Source of the DNA: a virus
Taxonomy: Duplodnaviria; Caudoviricetes
DNA: 59,960 nucleotides
Reading direction: 5' to 3' (one strand)
Virus record (IMG/VR): IMGVR_UViG_3300021133_000004
Span: 1-59,960 of that record
The translations under genes and the position numbers were made by a program. This document shows, in pieces, positions 9,401-18,856 of this stretch (positions within the stretch are counted from its first letter, which is position 1; the number at the start of each line of letters is the position of its first letter). The notes beneath the pieces are model-generated. The model was not told where the DNA came from and did no database searches. It was given only the letters and a program-made list of their open reading frames with translations.

Positions 9401-11333
9401 CGGCGATCCCAACAAATTGTTGGATCTGCGTCAGCAGTATTACAATGATCTTGCTTCCAATGACCCCGAAAAATACGGCCGCAATATAAATGGTTGGACC
9501 AACCGCGTTAATCAGTTGCGCGCTACGCTGCCTCCTGCGGCCGCTCCTGCGGGCGGCGTAGTTCCCGCTGCCGCTCCTGCGGCCCAGCCCCCTGCGGTTC
9601 AGGCCGGCGTCACAGGCGGACAGCCCAGCCCGGCAGAACAGGCTCTTATTGCCGGTGCCCAGCGTGGCGTTGTCCCGCAGGGCGATATTCGTCAAATTTT
9701 GGCCCAAGAAAAGCAGCCGTCTACGGACATTTTGCGGGAGCGTTATGACGCCATGATCGGCCAGAAAGGCCGTCAGGGTGACGGCGAGCAGCCTGACATG
9801 ATTGACCGCGTTCTGCATCGCATTGCCCCACAGGGTGGTTATCTTGATCGGTTAACCAGTGGTGATGCTGATACGCTTATTCCTTTCCTGACTGGTCTTG
9901 CTGCCATGGGAACTGCTCCCACCCGTAATTTGGGCGTGGCGCTGGCCAGCGGCGTTGGTGCTGGTGCTAAGTCATCTCAAGCTATGCGCGAGTTTGATCT
10001 CAGGCGTCAGCAGATGGCATTTAATGTTGCAAGCAGCATGTTTGGTCCCGCACAGCGTGGCGTTCTTGTTGGGCGCGATCCAAGCCATAATTACTTCCTG
10101 AATAACAGATCTGGTCAGTTGGTTTCAGACGACGAACGCGCTGCCGTTATAAATAACATATACAAGGCATATGGCATTCCTTCGTTTGGCGATGTAGCCG
10201 CAAATATAGGACAAGATAGTTCTAGCGAAACTAATTTGCCGCGGCCTCCGCAAACTACCGCACCGTTGCCTAGTGCGATGCCTGCTCCGCAGGCACCTAA
10301 AGCTCCGCAGGCACCGCAAGCCGCTCCCACGGCCGGCAGCAAAGATTTTGGAATCAATGTTAATGGCAAAACTGAAGCTGCACCTCAGAACGAAGTTTTT
10401 GAAATGACCGATCAGGGCATTCAAGATTATGTTCTGCATAACTACGATTGGAGCAAAAGCGCGCAAGATCCTAATAGGCTGATTGCAGAGGCCGAAGCAG
10501 AAGAAAGGCTTGCGTCCCAGCCTAATCAGGATCCTGCAACTGCACAAAATACTTTGGCACATGCCAGAGAATTGCGTAATACTGCTAGTGCCGAAGTTGC
10601 AAGAGCGGCTGCGCCTTATATCGAAGGCAAAAATCGCATGGCTCAAGAATCTCAAACTTATGCCGAGCGTAAGTCTTCAGAATTTCTTTATAACGGCCTG
10701 GCAAATATTCTTGAAAAATTCCAATCTGGCAGATTTGCAGGAACTGGTGCTGATCTTGATGCCTGGTATTCTTCCATTACTGGCGGCAAACATTTGCCTG
10801 CCGACCTTGCTCGCGGTCAAATTAGTGCCGATAATGCTGAATCATTCATCAAGGAACAGATGAACCTTGTCTACAAGCAGTTGAATACGCTTAAGGGAAG
10901 GATCTTGGACAAAGAAATCCAAGGTATGACAATGGCGTCTCCAGAAACAACAAAACAGCCAGCGGCCAACAGGACCATCCTTGGACAGTTCAAGGGAGCG
11001 TTTGATTACGCAAACGCAAAATATGAAGCCGAAAGAGATTACACTCACAGGTATGGCGGCTTGTTTAATGAAACGGCTTTCAATCGCGAATGGTTTAGCA
11101 ATCCCGAAAACAGAGTTCAGAACTTTGTAGACAAAGCCACAAAATCTATAGCGGTTCGAGGCGGGACACCAGATGATGTCAACCAATTGGTAAAGGGCCA
11201 AGCTTATATTATTGAGCCCCCCAGCAATGTCTATGGAAAGTCAAACTTTACGCCAACTGTAAAGAGTCCGACTAAATTTATATTTGAAAGATACGATCCC
11301 AAGACAAAAGAAATGCTTTGGAGGCGTGGATAA
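6462..11333 (+). CDS. Large internal virion / DNA-ejection protein with an internal S74-type chaperone domain and a GH108-like lysozyme domain
   Basis: Q/A/G-rich N-terminus. FSDERLKEDIEPIG...QIGLIAQDVE...VDY at ~7580-7770. MRFEGG...YWNPIGADKM...DTAYNLG...GWTNRV at ~9130-9520. Confidence 0.75.
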   Translation: MSGGKSQQSSQQVTIPPDVLARYNSVNAQAQQAASQPFQQYSTDPNAFVAPLTTTQQAGIANTNMAAGQAQPYFNAATQQLTGAQQAATPFIYGAAQGTQEALQQGTTANQQAAGLYGAGLAAGAPMIAASGAAADAAPITGQTIGQYMDPYLSSVVGNTAALQNQQNQQAMAGQTGNAIRQGAFGGDRASIAASNLQGQQDLATGNLLSGLLSQGYGQALSTAQQQQGVNLGAQQANLARLGQAGQGLSSLYGGTAAGLGGLGQQQYAQGAGAAQQLAGLGNQLYGMGAGTSQALAGLGAGAQGAALQGAQAQLAAGQAAQQTQQAGQTALYNQFLQQQSYPFQVAQFLANIAEGTGALSGSTTTTTQPGGFFSDERLKEDIEPIGKTFDGQNIVKFRYKGEPRKQIGLIAQDVEKHHPDAVGLASGYKTVDYDKATEDAADRGRFYRGGLVPSSEGGAVTTAHLGEGFAGGGPALPNATDMAALLAAQAQMFGPFSQSGLYGGESGGVPGGGSGRVPAANLPVSHLAVAGGLPKATSTAEQMAQIASAGENINKLGQDAGLWKGNPPSNTAPAATVSHDEVDSRTAAQRAAAVGLGAGNGYPIPDANDSDQAGNSARGGVAGGRRHYEDGGMPYSEQTSGPTKRDIPDEQKEAPKLATAGPLPSGGGGGGIIGGISQLAGMGSSLAGLGSSLGLFGGAAGAAGAAGAAGAAGAAGAAGAAGSGIMAALPFLAAFSTGGVAGGRKGYAGRGAVNNDDGSVSMDMSDGSDIPADMSADSTGTPHVLDDRGPVVRKDIPADMFADSTGTPHVLDDRGPVVRKDIPSGFLDSETRVAPPLPKFLSPKEQVADIPQFNIAPDTSTQAPAPVAPPVKTGVVAAAPVATPAAAPDFNSAFNQTMRFEGGNALNPSEGSRFGVVPSAHPGVDVANLTREGAADIYRNEYWNPIGADKMSPQLAPIAADTAYNLGVGRTKQLLEQAGGDPNKLLDLRQQYYNDLASNDPEKYGRNINGWTNRVNQLRATLPPAAAPAGGVVPAAAPAAQPPAVQAGVTGGQPSPAEQALIAGAQRGVVPQGDIRQILAQEKQPSTDILRERYDAMIGQKGRQGDGEQPDMIDRVLHRIAPQGGYLDRLTSGDADTLIPFLTGLAAMGTAPTRNLGVALASGVGAGAKSSQAMREFDLRRQQMAFNVASSMFGPAQRGVLVGRDPSHNYFLNNRSGQLVSDDERAAVINNIYKAYGIPSFGDVAANIGQDSSSETNLPRPPQTTAPLPSAMPAPQAPKAPQAPQAAPTAGSKDFGINVNGKTEAAPQNEVFEMTDQGIQDYVLHNYDWSKSAQDPNRLIAEAEAEERLASQPNQDPATAQNTLAHARELRNTASAEVARAAAPYIEGKNRMAQESQTYAERKSSEFLYNGLANILEKFQSGRFAGTGADLDAWYSSITGGKHLPADLARGQISADNAESFIKEQMNLVYKQLNTLKGRILDKEIQGMTMASPETTKQPAANRTILGQFKGAFDYANAKYEAERDYTHRYGGLFNETAFNREWFSNPENRVQNFVDKATKSIAVRGGTPDDVNQLVKGQAYIIEPPSNVYGKSNFTPTVKSPTKFIFERYDPKTKEMLWRRG
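8769..8933 (+). repeat. 78-bp in-frame tandem duplication (26 aa x2)
   Basis: Copies start at 8769 and 8847 with one mismatch (DIPADM[S/F]ADSTGTPHVLDDRGPVVRK). A third copy starts at 8925 and breaks off after 9 bp. Confidence 0.95.
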
Positions 11334-13324
11334 TGGTTGGCCAAGAAGATACCGGAGAACAAGAAGATACCGGAGAAATAGTTAGGGTTCCTGCGCCGCA
11401 GGAATACGAACCGCCAGAGTCTCATGATAACGAAACAGTTGGCGTTAAGATTGATCCTAATAACCCGGATCCATCGCGCGAACAGGCTGCTTACGAAGCA
11501 GTAACTGGTAAGGGTGCTGGAACACCTTACCCTGCCGATGAATTTGTTCAAAAAGTAACAAAAAATTTTGGTCCTTCGATCGGGGAAGAATTGTCAGCGT
11601 TTGGTCATGCCGTTTCTGATTTCCCAACAACTTTGCACACCATGTGGGAACTTGGAAGTGGCGCTTTATCAAAAGGTAATGCCCTTATAGCAGGAGGCTT
11701 GGAAAAGGTCGGGGTTCCAGGTTCCGTTGTAGAAAAATTAAATAATCCTTTTAAGTTTGGATATTCTTTGAATACTGAAGATCGCTCTAAACAAGAGGCA
11801 GTTTTAAATGCATTGATATCTAGGGAAGCGCCCAAATTTAGTTCTCTTGCAAATGCTGAAAGAGCCTTTGCGGAAGATCCGGCCGATTTTCTTTCTACTG
11901 CAACTATTCCTTTTACTGGCGGTGAAACTGCCTTGGGCAAGGTTCCAGGACTTGTTGGAAAAACAGCCAGGATCGTGGGCAAAGTTGGATATTTAGACCC
12001 GGCACAATCTGCGCTTGGACTTGCTCGCGTTGGTTATGGCGGCATAAGTGGCATGGCCCGTGCGGGACAGTCATTAGTTTCAGGTTCTCCTTGGAGGGCG
12101 TTGAAGACCGCTGAAGACACAATTGCAAATGCTAGCCCTACAAATGCTTGGTCATTTGTAAAACAATACACTGGGATGGGCGATCATTACGAGATAGTAA
12201 ATTCGCTAAAAGAAGCTTTAAAAAAATATACAGCAGAACAGTATGCTAATTGGAACACAATGAGGACAAAGGCTTTTGGCAACAATCCTCCCCCGCTTAG
12301 TTTCAATGAGCCTGGGACAAGCATAGATGATGCTTTGAACCGTGCAGTAACGGCTACTTCTGGCCCTGCTGGCGTTGGATCACCAGGATTTAGGACTGCG
12401 TTAAATAACGCAGTTCATGGTCCTAACGGACTAGTTGATCTTGTAAATTCTTTTAAAAAAAACCCTGCTTGGAACACCATGGAAGGATTTGATGCACTTC
12501 GTGAAAATGTAGGTAATTTCCTTAATGATGCGGATCCAAAAGTAAGAGAATATGCTGGAGGAATTTATGGTGCCGTTCGCGGCACTATGACTAAAATGTC
12601 TCCTGAGTATTCTCAAGTTTTGCAAAGTATTAGCGAAGCGAGAAATAAAATTAATGATTTGAGCCAAACGCTTATTGGTGGGAAGAACGCTACAGCTACT
12701 AAAAGCATTGAAGCGTCACTAAAAGCTTTGAAAACTAATAAAGGTAATGATCTTCTTAACGATCTTGCAAAACATGATTCAAGAATACCTTACATGCTTT
12801 CCGGTGCCGCTCTTAATGAATGGTTGCCAAGCAATGTGGGGAAAGTTGTTGATTTGGCGGGTGCTTTAGGAAGCGGCGCTGGAATTTACATGCAGCCACA
12901 TTTGTGGCCCCAAATTTTGGGAAGTGCCGCGACAACCTTGGCTAGTACATCTCCTAAACTTGCTGGCTTCATGAACATGATGTCTGGTGCGTTTAAACGC
13001 GCAACTACTCCGTTCTCCAGCCCGACCGGTGTCAAGGCCACTACCCAAATAGGGCACGAACAAAAACGGCAAGATATTGAGCAAGGCAAAGAAAAAATAG
13101 ATCCAACTCAATATGGCGATTTGGAAAAGCGTAATTCCAGTGATCGCACCGGGCGCGCCAGCGGCGGCAAGGTTGACGCCGACATGCACGAAAAGCTGGT
13201 CAATCGCCTTATGAATATGGCCAAGCAGGCCAAGAAAGTATCGGACAAGACAACGGAACCGCTTCTGAACGCGCCGGACGAAGCCATTGTGAAGGCTCTT
13301 GGCGTGGCCCAAGAAGCGATTTAG
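11333..13324 (+). CDS. Internal virion / ejection protein
   Basis: Helical, AT-richer gene. ATG 11333 overlaps the upstream TAA. The C-terminus contains GRASGGKV. Confidence 0.6.
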   Translation: MVGQEDTGEQEDTGEIVRVPAPQEYEPPESHDNETVGVKIDPNNPDPSREQAAYEAVTGKGAGTPYPADEFVQKVTKNFGPSIGEELSAFGHAVSDFPTTLHTMWELGSGALSKGNALIAGGLEKVGVPGSVVEKLNNPFKFGYSLNTEDRSKQEAVLNALISREAPKFSSLANAERAFAEDPADFLSTATIPFTGGETALGKVPGLVGKTARIVGKVGYLDPAQSALGLARVGYGGISGMARAGQSLVSGSPWRALKTAEDTIANASPTNAWSFVKQYTGMGDHYEIVNSLKEALKKYTAEQYANWNTMRTKAFGNNPPPLSFNEPGTSIDDALNRAVTATSGPAGVGSPGFRTALNNAVHGPNGLVDLVNSFKKNPAWNTMEGFDALRENVGNFLNDADPKVREYAGGIYGAVRGTMTKMSPEYSQVLQSISEARNKINDLSQTLIGGKNATATKSIEASLKALKTNKGNDLLNDLAKHDSRIPYMLSGAALNEWLPSNVGKVVDLAGALGSGAGIYMQPHLWPQILGSAATTLASTSPKLAGFMNMMSGAFKRATTPFSSPTGVKATTQIGHEQKRQDIEQGKEKIDPTQYGDLEKRNSSDRTGRASGGKVDADMHEKLVNRLMNMAKQAKKVSDKTTEPLLNAPDEAIVKALGVAQEAI

Positions 13325-13333
13325 GAGACGTAA

Positions 13334-14443
13334 ATGACCAGTTCGTACACAACCAATAAGAGCATCGAAAAACCCGGCAACGGCGACTATGTGAACACTT
13401 GGTCAAGCCCGGTTAATACTGACTGGGATATTGTTGATACTTGCTTTGGCGGCACCACTACCCTGACTTCCACAAGCGGTAGCACCACGCTTTCTACGGC
13501 CCAGTACCGCACTCCCATCATCAATTGCACCGGCACTCTTACCGGTAACGTCACCTACACCATTCCGTCCGGTATTGGCGGCTTGTGGACTGTAGCTAAC
13601 GCGACCAGTGGATCATACACGGTCACGTTTGCCTCTGGCGGCGGCGGTACCTCTATTATGGTGACACAGGGTACTCGCGCTTTCCTTTTGTCGGACGGCA
13701 CGAACATCTCTTATTGCAGCACTCAGCCCGTCACACCGGCTGGCAGCGACACCCAGATCCAGTTCAATAACAGTGGATCTCTGGGTGCGTCTTCCAACTT
13801 CGTGTGGACTGGATCTGCCGTTGGTATTGGCACGTCGTCCCCCGGTTACACTCTTGCCGTAAACGGCACGATTGGGGCCGGTGCCATTTCTTGCAGCAGC
13901 GTCACCAATTCCGGTGCCCTGTCTTGCGCCAGCGCCTCCATCAGCGGCGCGGCCACTGTTGGAACCACGCTGGGTGTCAGCGGGTCTGCCACTGTGGGCG
14001 GCAACCTCACGGTCAGCGGCACCATTTCCGGCTCGTTCGGCGCGATCTCTTGCAGCAGCCTTAGTGTCAGCGGTTCAGCATCCCTATCGTCTGGCTTGAC
14101 CGTCAGCGGCGTTATTACTGCAACTGGCAACGTAATTGCTTATTACTCTGACATCCGGCTGAAAGATGTTCAGGGACCGATCACGGGCGCTTTGGATAAG
14201 GTTAGCAACCTGAACGGCTTCTACTACCGCGCCAACGCCACTGCGAAGGCGCTGGGCTATACCGACGAACTTCAGGTTGGCCTGTCGGCGCAGGATGTCG
14301 AAGCCGTCATGCCGGAAGTTATCCATCCGGCTCCAATTGATAAGCAATATAAGACCCTGAATTATGGACATCTGGTGCCGCTTCTGATAGAAGCCATCAA
14401 AGAACTGCGGCAGGAAGTCGAGACGCTGAAGGCTGGCAAATGA
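13334..14443 (+). CDS. Tail fibre/spike with C-terminal S74 intramolecular chaperone
   Basis: S/T/G-rich body. YYSDIRLK...VGLSAQDV...LNY..LVPLLIEAIKEL at the C-terminus. Confidence 0.85.
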   Translation: MTSSYTTNKSIEKPGNGDYVNTWSSPVNTDWDIVDTCFGGTTTLTSTSGSTTLSTAQYRTPIINCTGTLTGNVTYTIPSGIGGLWTVANATSGSYTVTFASGGGGTSIMVTQGTRAFLLSDGTNISYCSTQPVTPAGSDTQIQFNNSGSLGASSNFVWTGSAVGIGTSSPGYTLAVNGTIGAGAISCSSVTNSGALSCASASISGAATVGTTLGVSGSATVGGNLTVSGTISGSFGAISCSSLSVSGSASLSSGLTVSGVITATGNVIAYYSDIRLKDVQGPITGALDKVSNLNGFYYRANATAKALGYTDELQVGLSAQDVEAVMPEVIHPAPIDKQYKTLNYGHLVPLLIEAIKELRQEVETLKAGK

Positions 14444-15207
14444 CCCTTCCTTCCCCCGGCGTACCGCTTTCACTAAACGACATTAAGGGCGAGTTTGGCG
14501 GTCCCGCCTCACCATCACTTGGCAATTATTATGCCGGTGGCGGCTATGTGCCTGCTGGAACATCTGGAACTTATGGCGCGGTTCCGCCTAACGGTACTAT
14601 CAGCATTCAGAACTTCTACGGCACATCCAATACTCCGCCATTCACCCCCATAACAAACACCTACGGTGCAGGTTCTGGCAGCGAAACTGTCCCCACGGGC
14701 GCTACCAGCCTGACGATCACCGCTTACGGTACGGGCGGATCTGGCGGCTATGGCTATGATGCCAGCAATACTGGCGACGGACCATTCTACGGCGGTGGTG
14801 GTGGCGGTAGCGGCGCGTTGGTGGTCAAAACCATCAGCATTTCGTCCGGTGATTACGGCGGTGCAATTTCATGGACAGTGCCTGCTGCTGGATACGGCTT
14901 CCGTGGCAATACCACTGCGACAGGCTCCCTGACGGCAGGCAGCATTTCGGTGTCGGCTGGTGGCGGTGGTGGCGGTGGTGGCGGTTACCCGACCGGCGGC
15001 ACCGGCGGCCCAGGCGGTACTGCATCGGGAGGCACATCCAATACCAACGGCAATAATGGCGGCTATGGCGGTTACTATTCTGCCGGCAGCGGCGCTCCGC
15101 CGGTCGGCGGATACGGTTATCCGGGCGTCGGCGGTTCAGGTAACACCGATCCTGGTGCCTACGGCAGCGACGGATACGTCGGTCAAATCACATTTGCGTG
15201 GAGTTAG
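14440..15207 (+). CDS. Glycine-rich tail fibre tip / adhesin-like protein
   Basis: LSLNDIKGEFGG...SLGNYY...GTISIQNFYG N-terminal motif, poly-Gly tracts, follows the fibre gene. Confidence 0.7.
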   Translation: MTLPSPGVPLSLNDIKGEFGGPASPSLGNYYAGGGYVPAGTSGTYGAVPPNGTISIQNFYGTSNTPPFTPITNTYGAGSGSETVPTGATSLTITAYGTGGSGGYGYDASNTGDGPFYGGGGGGSGALVVKTISISSGDYGGAISWTVPAAGYGFRGNTTATGSLTAGSISVSAGGGGGGGGGYPTGGTGGPGGTASGGTSNTNGNNGGYGGYYSAGSGAPPVGGYGYPGVGGSGNTDPGAYGSDGYVGQITFAWS

Positions 15208-15209
15208 AC

Positions 15210-15407
15210 ATGAGCGAAAAAGACTATCCCCATGGCCTATCAGATGCGGCGATAGATATTATCGCTGAACGCGCCGCCGAAAAAGCGATTCAGAAGGTTT
15301 ACGAGCAAATTGGAAAGTCTGTCGCCCAGAAGATTTTCTGGTTCGTTGGCGTAGCAGTTGTCGGCGTCATGATGGTGATGGCCGGTAACGGCATTTTAAA
15401 GCAATAG
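15210..15407 (+). CDS. Small membrane protein (possible holin/antiholin)
   Basis: One C-terminal transmembrane segment, at the start of the lysis cluster. Confidence 0.55.
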   Translation: MSEKDYPHGLSDAAIDIIAERAAEKAIQKVYEQIGKSVAQKIFWFVGVAVVGVMMVMAGNGILKQ

Positions 15408-15414
15408 GTGACAA

Positions 15415-15825
15415 ATGGCGTTTGATCCTGTTTCAGCCGCGCTAGACATTGGCGGCAAAGTAATCGACCGTGTTTGGCCCGATCCTGCCCAAAAGGATGC
15501 GGCAAAACTGGAATTGATGAAACTGTATCAGAACGGCGATCTGGCTGAACTTGCTGCTCAAACAGATTTGGCAAAGGGTGCTGCCGATATTGTGAAGACT
15601 GAAGCTGCTTCCGGTAACTTTCTGACCGCGTCGTGGCGTCCAATCACCATGTTGGTGTTTGTGGTGCTTATCACTGCTCGCTGGTTTGGTTGGGCGGCTC
15701 CTAACTTGCAGCAGGCCGAATACCTAAAGCTTTGGGACATAGTGCAGGTTGGTCTTGGCGGGTACGTGATTGGCCGCAGCGTCGAGAAGATCGTGCCGTC
15801 TGTAGCTGATGCGCTAAAGAAGTAG
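15415..15825 (+). CDS. Holin (3TM / GTA-holin-like)
   Basis: IDRVWPDP, SWRP and LGGYVIGRSVEK motifs, with hydrophobic segments. Confidence 0.8.
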   Translation: MAFDPVSAALDIGGKVIDRVWPDPAQKDAAKLELMKLYQNGDLAELAAQTDLAKGAADIVKTEAASGNFLTASWRPITMLVFVVLITARWFGWAAPNLQQAEYLKLWDIVQVGLGGYVIGRSVEKIVPSVADALKK

Positions 15826-15832
15826 GTGGGTC

Positions 15833-16090
15833 ATGGCTTGGTCTGACGTTCTCAAGGCAGTCATTCCGATCATCGTAGCAGCACTCGCGTGGCTGCTGGG
15901 TCAGGTGTCGTCTGCCAATGAACGTCTGGTAAAGATCGAAAGCGCCATGCCTGCACTTATTACCAAGGAAGGCGTTCCCACGGACAGTCCTATTTCGGCT
16001 GGAAAACGTATGGATATGAAAGAAGAACTAAATCGCGAGATCAACGATCTTCATGTTCGTGTCATGCTATTGGAACAGAAAAGCAAATGA
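15833..16090 (+). CDS. Membrane-anchored coiled-coil lysis-region protein
   Basis: N-terminal transmembrane helix. Lies between the holin and the endolysin. Confidence 0.5.
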   Translation: MAWSDVLKAVIPIIVAALAWLLGQVSSANERLVKIESAMPALITKEGVPTDSPISAGKRMDMKEELNREINDLHVRVMLLEQKSK

Positions 16091-16602
16091 ATACTACATT
16101 TGAAAAATCGATTGTCATGCTGCTGAAGCATGAAGGTGGTTTTGTGCATGACAAGCTGGATAAAGGCGGCATGACAAATCTTGGCGTGACGCAGGCTGTT
16201 TGGGAAAATTATGTCGGAAAGCCTTGTTCAGAAACTGAAATGCGGGCTCTTACGCCAGAAATGGTTGCTCCGCTTTACAAGAAAAATTACTGGGACAGGA
16301 TACGCGGCGACGAATTACCGGCAGGCGTTGATCACTGCGTTTTTGATTGTGCTGTCAATTCTGGTGTTGGCCGCGCAGTAGATATGTTGCAGTCATGTGT
16401 TAACGTGCCGGCTGACGGCAAGATCGGTCCTGTTACGATCGCGGCCATTAAGGCCATGGACGTTAACGATTTAATTGATCAGTACACGACATTTCGCTTT
16501 TCTTTCCTGAAAAGACTGTCAAATTTTAATCACTTTGGTGCTGGGTGGACTTCTCGCGTTAAGAGCGTCTCTCAGGAGTCAAAAACATTAGCTAACGGAT
16601 AA
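16087..16602 (+). CDS. Endolysin, glycoside hydrolase family 108 with peptidoglycan-binding region
   Basis: HEGGFV..K.DKGGMTNLGVT, YWD, FDCAVNSG, DGKIGPVT and FGAGWTSRV motifs. Confidence 0.9.
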   Translation: MNTTFEKSIVMLLKHEGGFVHDKLDKGGMTNLGVTQAVWENYVGKPCSETEMRALTPEMVAPLYKKNYWDRIRGDELPAGVDHCVFDCAVNSGVGRAVDMLQSCVNVPADGKIGPVTIAAIKAMDVNDLIDQYTTFRFSFLKRLSNFNHFGAGWTSRVKSVSQESKTLANG

Positions 16603-16608
16603 CATCAC

Positions 16609-17664
16609 ATGGCTAATCCCGGCGTATCGGACGAAGAACTTTTACATTGCTTGAAAATATATGAGCGTTTTGGCGGCAATCAGGTCCAGGCTGGCAACTT
16701 TCTGGGACTCAAACGTCGCACACTGGCCAACCGCATTGCTACGGCAAAAAGCAAGATAGCGGATGGCGTATTGCGCCGTGACAAACCGTTTTCCGTAGAA
16801 CATACAGGCGATCCCCAGGCTGATGCACAAGAACTGCTTGAACGCCGAAAGAAAGATTTTGAACGGGTCAAGCGCGCCAAGGACAGCAAAAAGTTAATAA
16901 ACGTAGATGTCAAAATAGATGGCCCTATAGGCATCGTGCATTTTGGCGACCCTCATGTTGACGATGACGGCACTGACATCGGCCTGATCGAAGAACACAT
17001 AAAGATCGTCAACAAGACCGAAGGCCTGTTTGGGGCCAATTTGGGCGACATCCAAAACAACTGGATTGGCCGACTTGCCCGGCTTTATGCAGAACAGTCC
17101 ACTTCCCATTCCGACGCCTGGGTGCTGACCGAATGGATGGTCAGTTCGGTCAACTGGCTGTATCTCGTAGCTGGCAATCATGACGCCTGGTCGGGCGTTG
17201 GTGACCCTCTGAAATGGATTGCCAAGCAGTCTGGAAACATTCTTGACTACCATGGCTGCCGGCTGAACCTGTCCTTTCCGAACAAAAGAGGCATCAGGAT
17301 CAACGCCCGGCATGACTTTTCCGGACATAGCATGTGGAACCCCGCCCACGGGCCTATGAAGGCCGTACAGGGCGGTTGGCGGGATCACATACTCACCTGC
17401 GGCCACAAGCACGTTTCCTTCTTGGCAGGGCCTCTAAAGGATCCTGCGTCGGGCCTGCTGTCTTGGGCCATCCGGTGCGCCGGCTACAAGACCTATGACC
17501 GCTATGCTGAAGAGCGCGGCCTGCCAGACCAGAACGCCTTTGCGGCCTGCGTGACTATCATAGATCCGCAGTATGCCGACGATGACGCCAGGCTGATAAC
17601 GGTGATACCAGATGTTCAGGAAGGGGCAGAGTTCCTGAAGTTCAAACGGCGCAAGAGCAAATAA
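16609..17664 (+). CDS. Calcineurin-like metallophosphoesterase with N-terminal HTH
   Basis: GDPH, GD..NN, GNHD and GHKH motifs. N-terminal GGNQVQAG..LGLKRRTL is HTH-like. Confidence 0.8.
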   Translation: MANPGVSDEELLHCLKIYERFGGNQVQAGNFLGLKRRTLANRIATAKSKIADGVLRRDKPFSVEHTGDPQADAQELLERRKKDFERVKRAKDSKKLINVDVKIDGPIGIVHFGDPHVDDDGTDIGLIEEHIKIVNKTEGLFGANLGDIQNNWIGRLARLYAEQSTSHSDAWVLTEWMVSSVNWLYLVAGNHDAWSGVGDPLKWIAKQSGNILDYHGCRLNLSFPNKRGIRINARHDFSGHSMWNPAHGPMKAVQGGWRDHILTCGHKHVSFLAGPLKDPASGLLSWAIRCAGYKTYDRYAEERGLPDQNAFAACVTIIDPQYADDDARLITVIPDVQEGAEFLKFKRRKSK

Positions 17665-18042
17665 ATGACCTTGCGACTTCGACCGGATAGACACTTGGTC
17701 GGGGCATATAATTACCTGTGCCACACTGAACCCTTCTGGGGTATGCGGCCTAAGCTTCTGGATGCAGATGATGTCAGCTTCCAGGTCATCAGAGATCGCA
17801 GGACAAGCGGCTATTTCCTGCCGCCATTGCCCAGCAATAAATTTCCTACGATCTCCATATCTTCCGCTTGCGTGGGTTCAACACATATGTTGATGGAAAT
17901 CATGGCCCACGAAATGATACATTTGTATCAATGGCTTTCAAAAACAGAAACCTCAAATACTGGACACAATGCCGCGTTCTTTGAGATTTCTAAAAAAGTA
18001 TGCAAAGCCCACGTTTTCGACATAAAATCGTTTGCGGGATAG
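17665..18042 (+). CDS. SprT-like zinc metallopeptidase
   Basis: HEMIH (HExxH) followed by GHNAAF. Confidence 0.7.
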   Translation: MTLRLRPDRHLVGAYNYLCHTEPFWGMRPKLLDADDVSFQVIRDRRTSGYFLPPLPSNKFPTISISSACVGSTHMLMEIMAHEMIHLYQWLSKTETSNTGHNAAFFEISKKVCKAHVFDIKSFAG

Positions 18043-18053
18043 AAGTATTCTAA

Positions 18054-18221
18054 TTACTCGCCAGATCTGATGCGAACCAGCTTTACTTTTACTTCTTCGC
18101 TATCAACTTCAAAATTGGCGATGTCTTCGGCAATGACCATCGCCCGCCGAAAATCATCGGGGTCAGCGCGGTCGTAGGGAATTGATAGGTCTACAGTCAC
18201 TACGACCGCCGCTGTTTTCAT
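18054..18221 (-). CDS. Hypothetical protein, 55 aa (not in the ORF track)
   Basis: MKTAAVVVTVDLSIPYD...RIRSGE. Its ATG overlaps the stop of the upstream ORF. Confidence 0.5.
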   Translation of the reverse strand: MKTAAVVVTVDLSIPYDRADPDDFRRAMVIAEDIANFEVDSEEVKVKLVRIRSGE

Positions 18222-18434
18222 TTTCTTACGAGCCTAACGCTTTGCGGCTTTTCTTCAGCCGCGCGATCCTTTGCACTGCGATACGGCCAGCCGTCCGACG
18301 CCTTCGGGTCCGGATTCGGATAACGCAGCCGCCAGATGGTGTCTACATACGATTCGACGCTTCCCGACTGCTCCATGATTTCTGAAAGTTTCTCACGCGC
18401 TTCTATAGGATCATGCATATCATTCATCTCCTGG

Positions 18435-18713
18435 TTAATCTTCGTCTTTACGACTCTTGCCTTCATTGACGGTATAAATCTGAACCTTGCCAATGATGGT
18501 TGCGTTCAGCATCACGGGGCCTTTGTAACGCCATTCGCGCACCGGATTACTTTCTGTGTCACGCAAATGATAATACTGATCAACAATGATAAAATCATTT
18601 TCATCAAGTACGTTTTTGAGCCTGTTAAGATCCGGTGCAGGATGATCACCGATGATCTGCTGGATCGGCTGATGCTTGAAGGACGCCATGTTCAAAGTAA
18701 ATAAAAATCTCAT
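18435..18713 (-). CDS. Hypothetical protein
   Basis: 92-aa ORF among small coupled genes downstream of the primase. Neighbours at 18218-~18424 and ~18646-18870. Confidence 0.55.
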   Translation of the reverse strand: MRFLFTLNMASFKHQPIQQIIGDHPAPDLNRLKNVLDENDFIIVDQYYHLRDTESNPVREWRYKGPVMLNATIIGKVQIYTVNEGKSRKDED

Positions 18714-18856
18714 CGTCGTTACCTTTTGAAGCAGAAAATTCCTGTTTGGTTATTTCCTGTTTAACCGCTGGGTGTTTCGTATGCAAGGAAGCTACTTTTG
18801 ACTGTAATTTCCCTATTTCATCTATGGCGCAATCATGATGATCCCGCCAGCATTCT

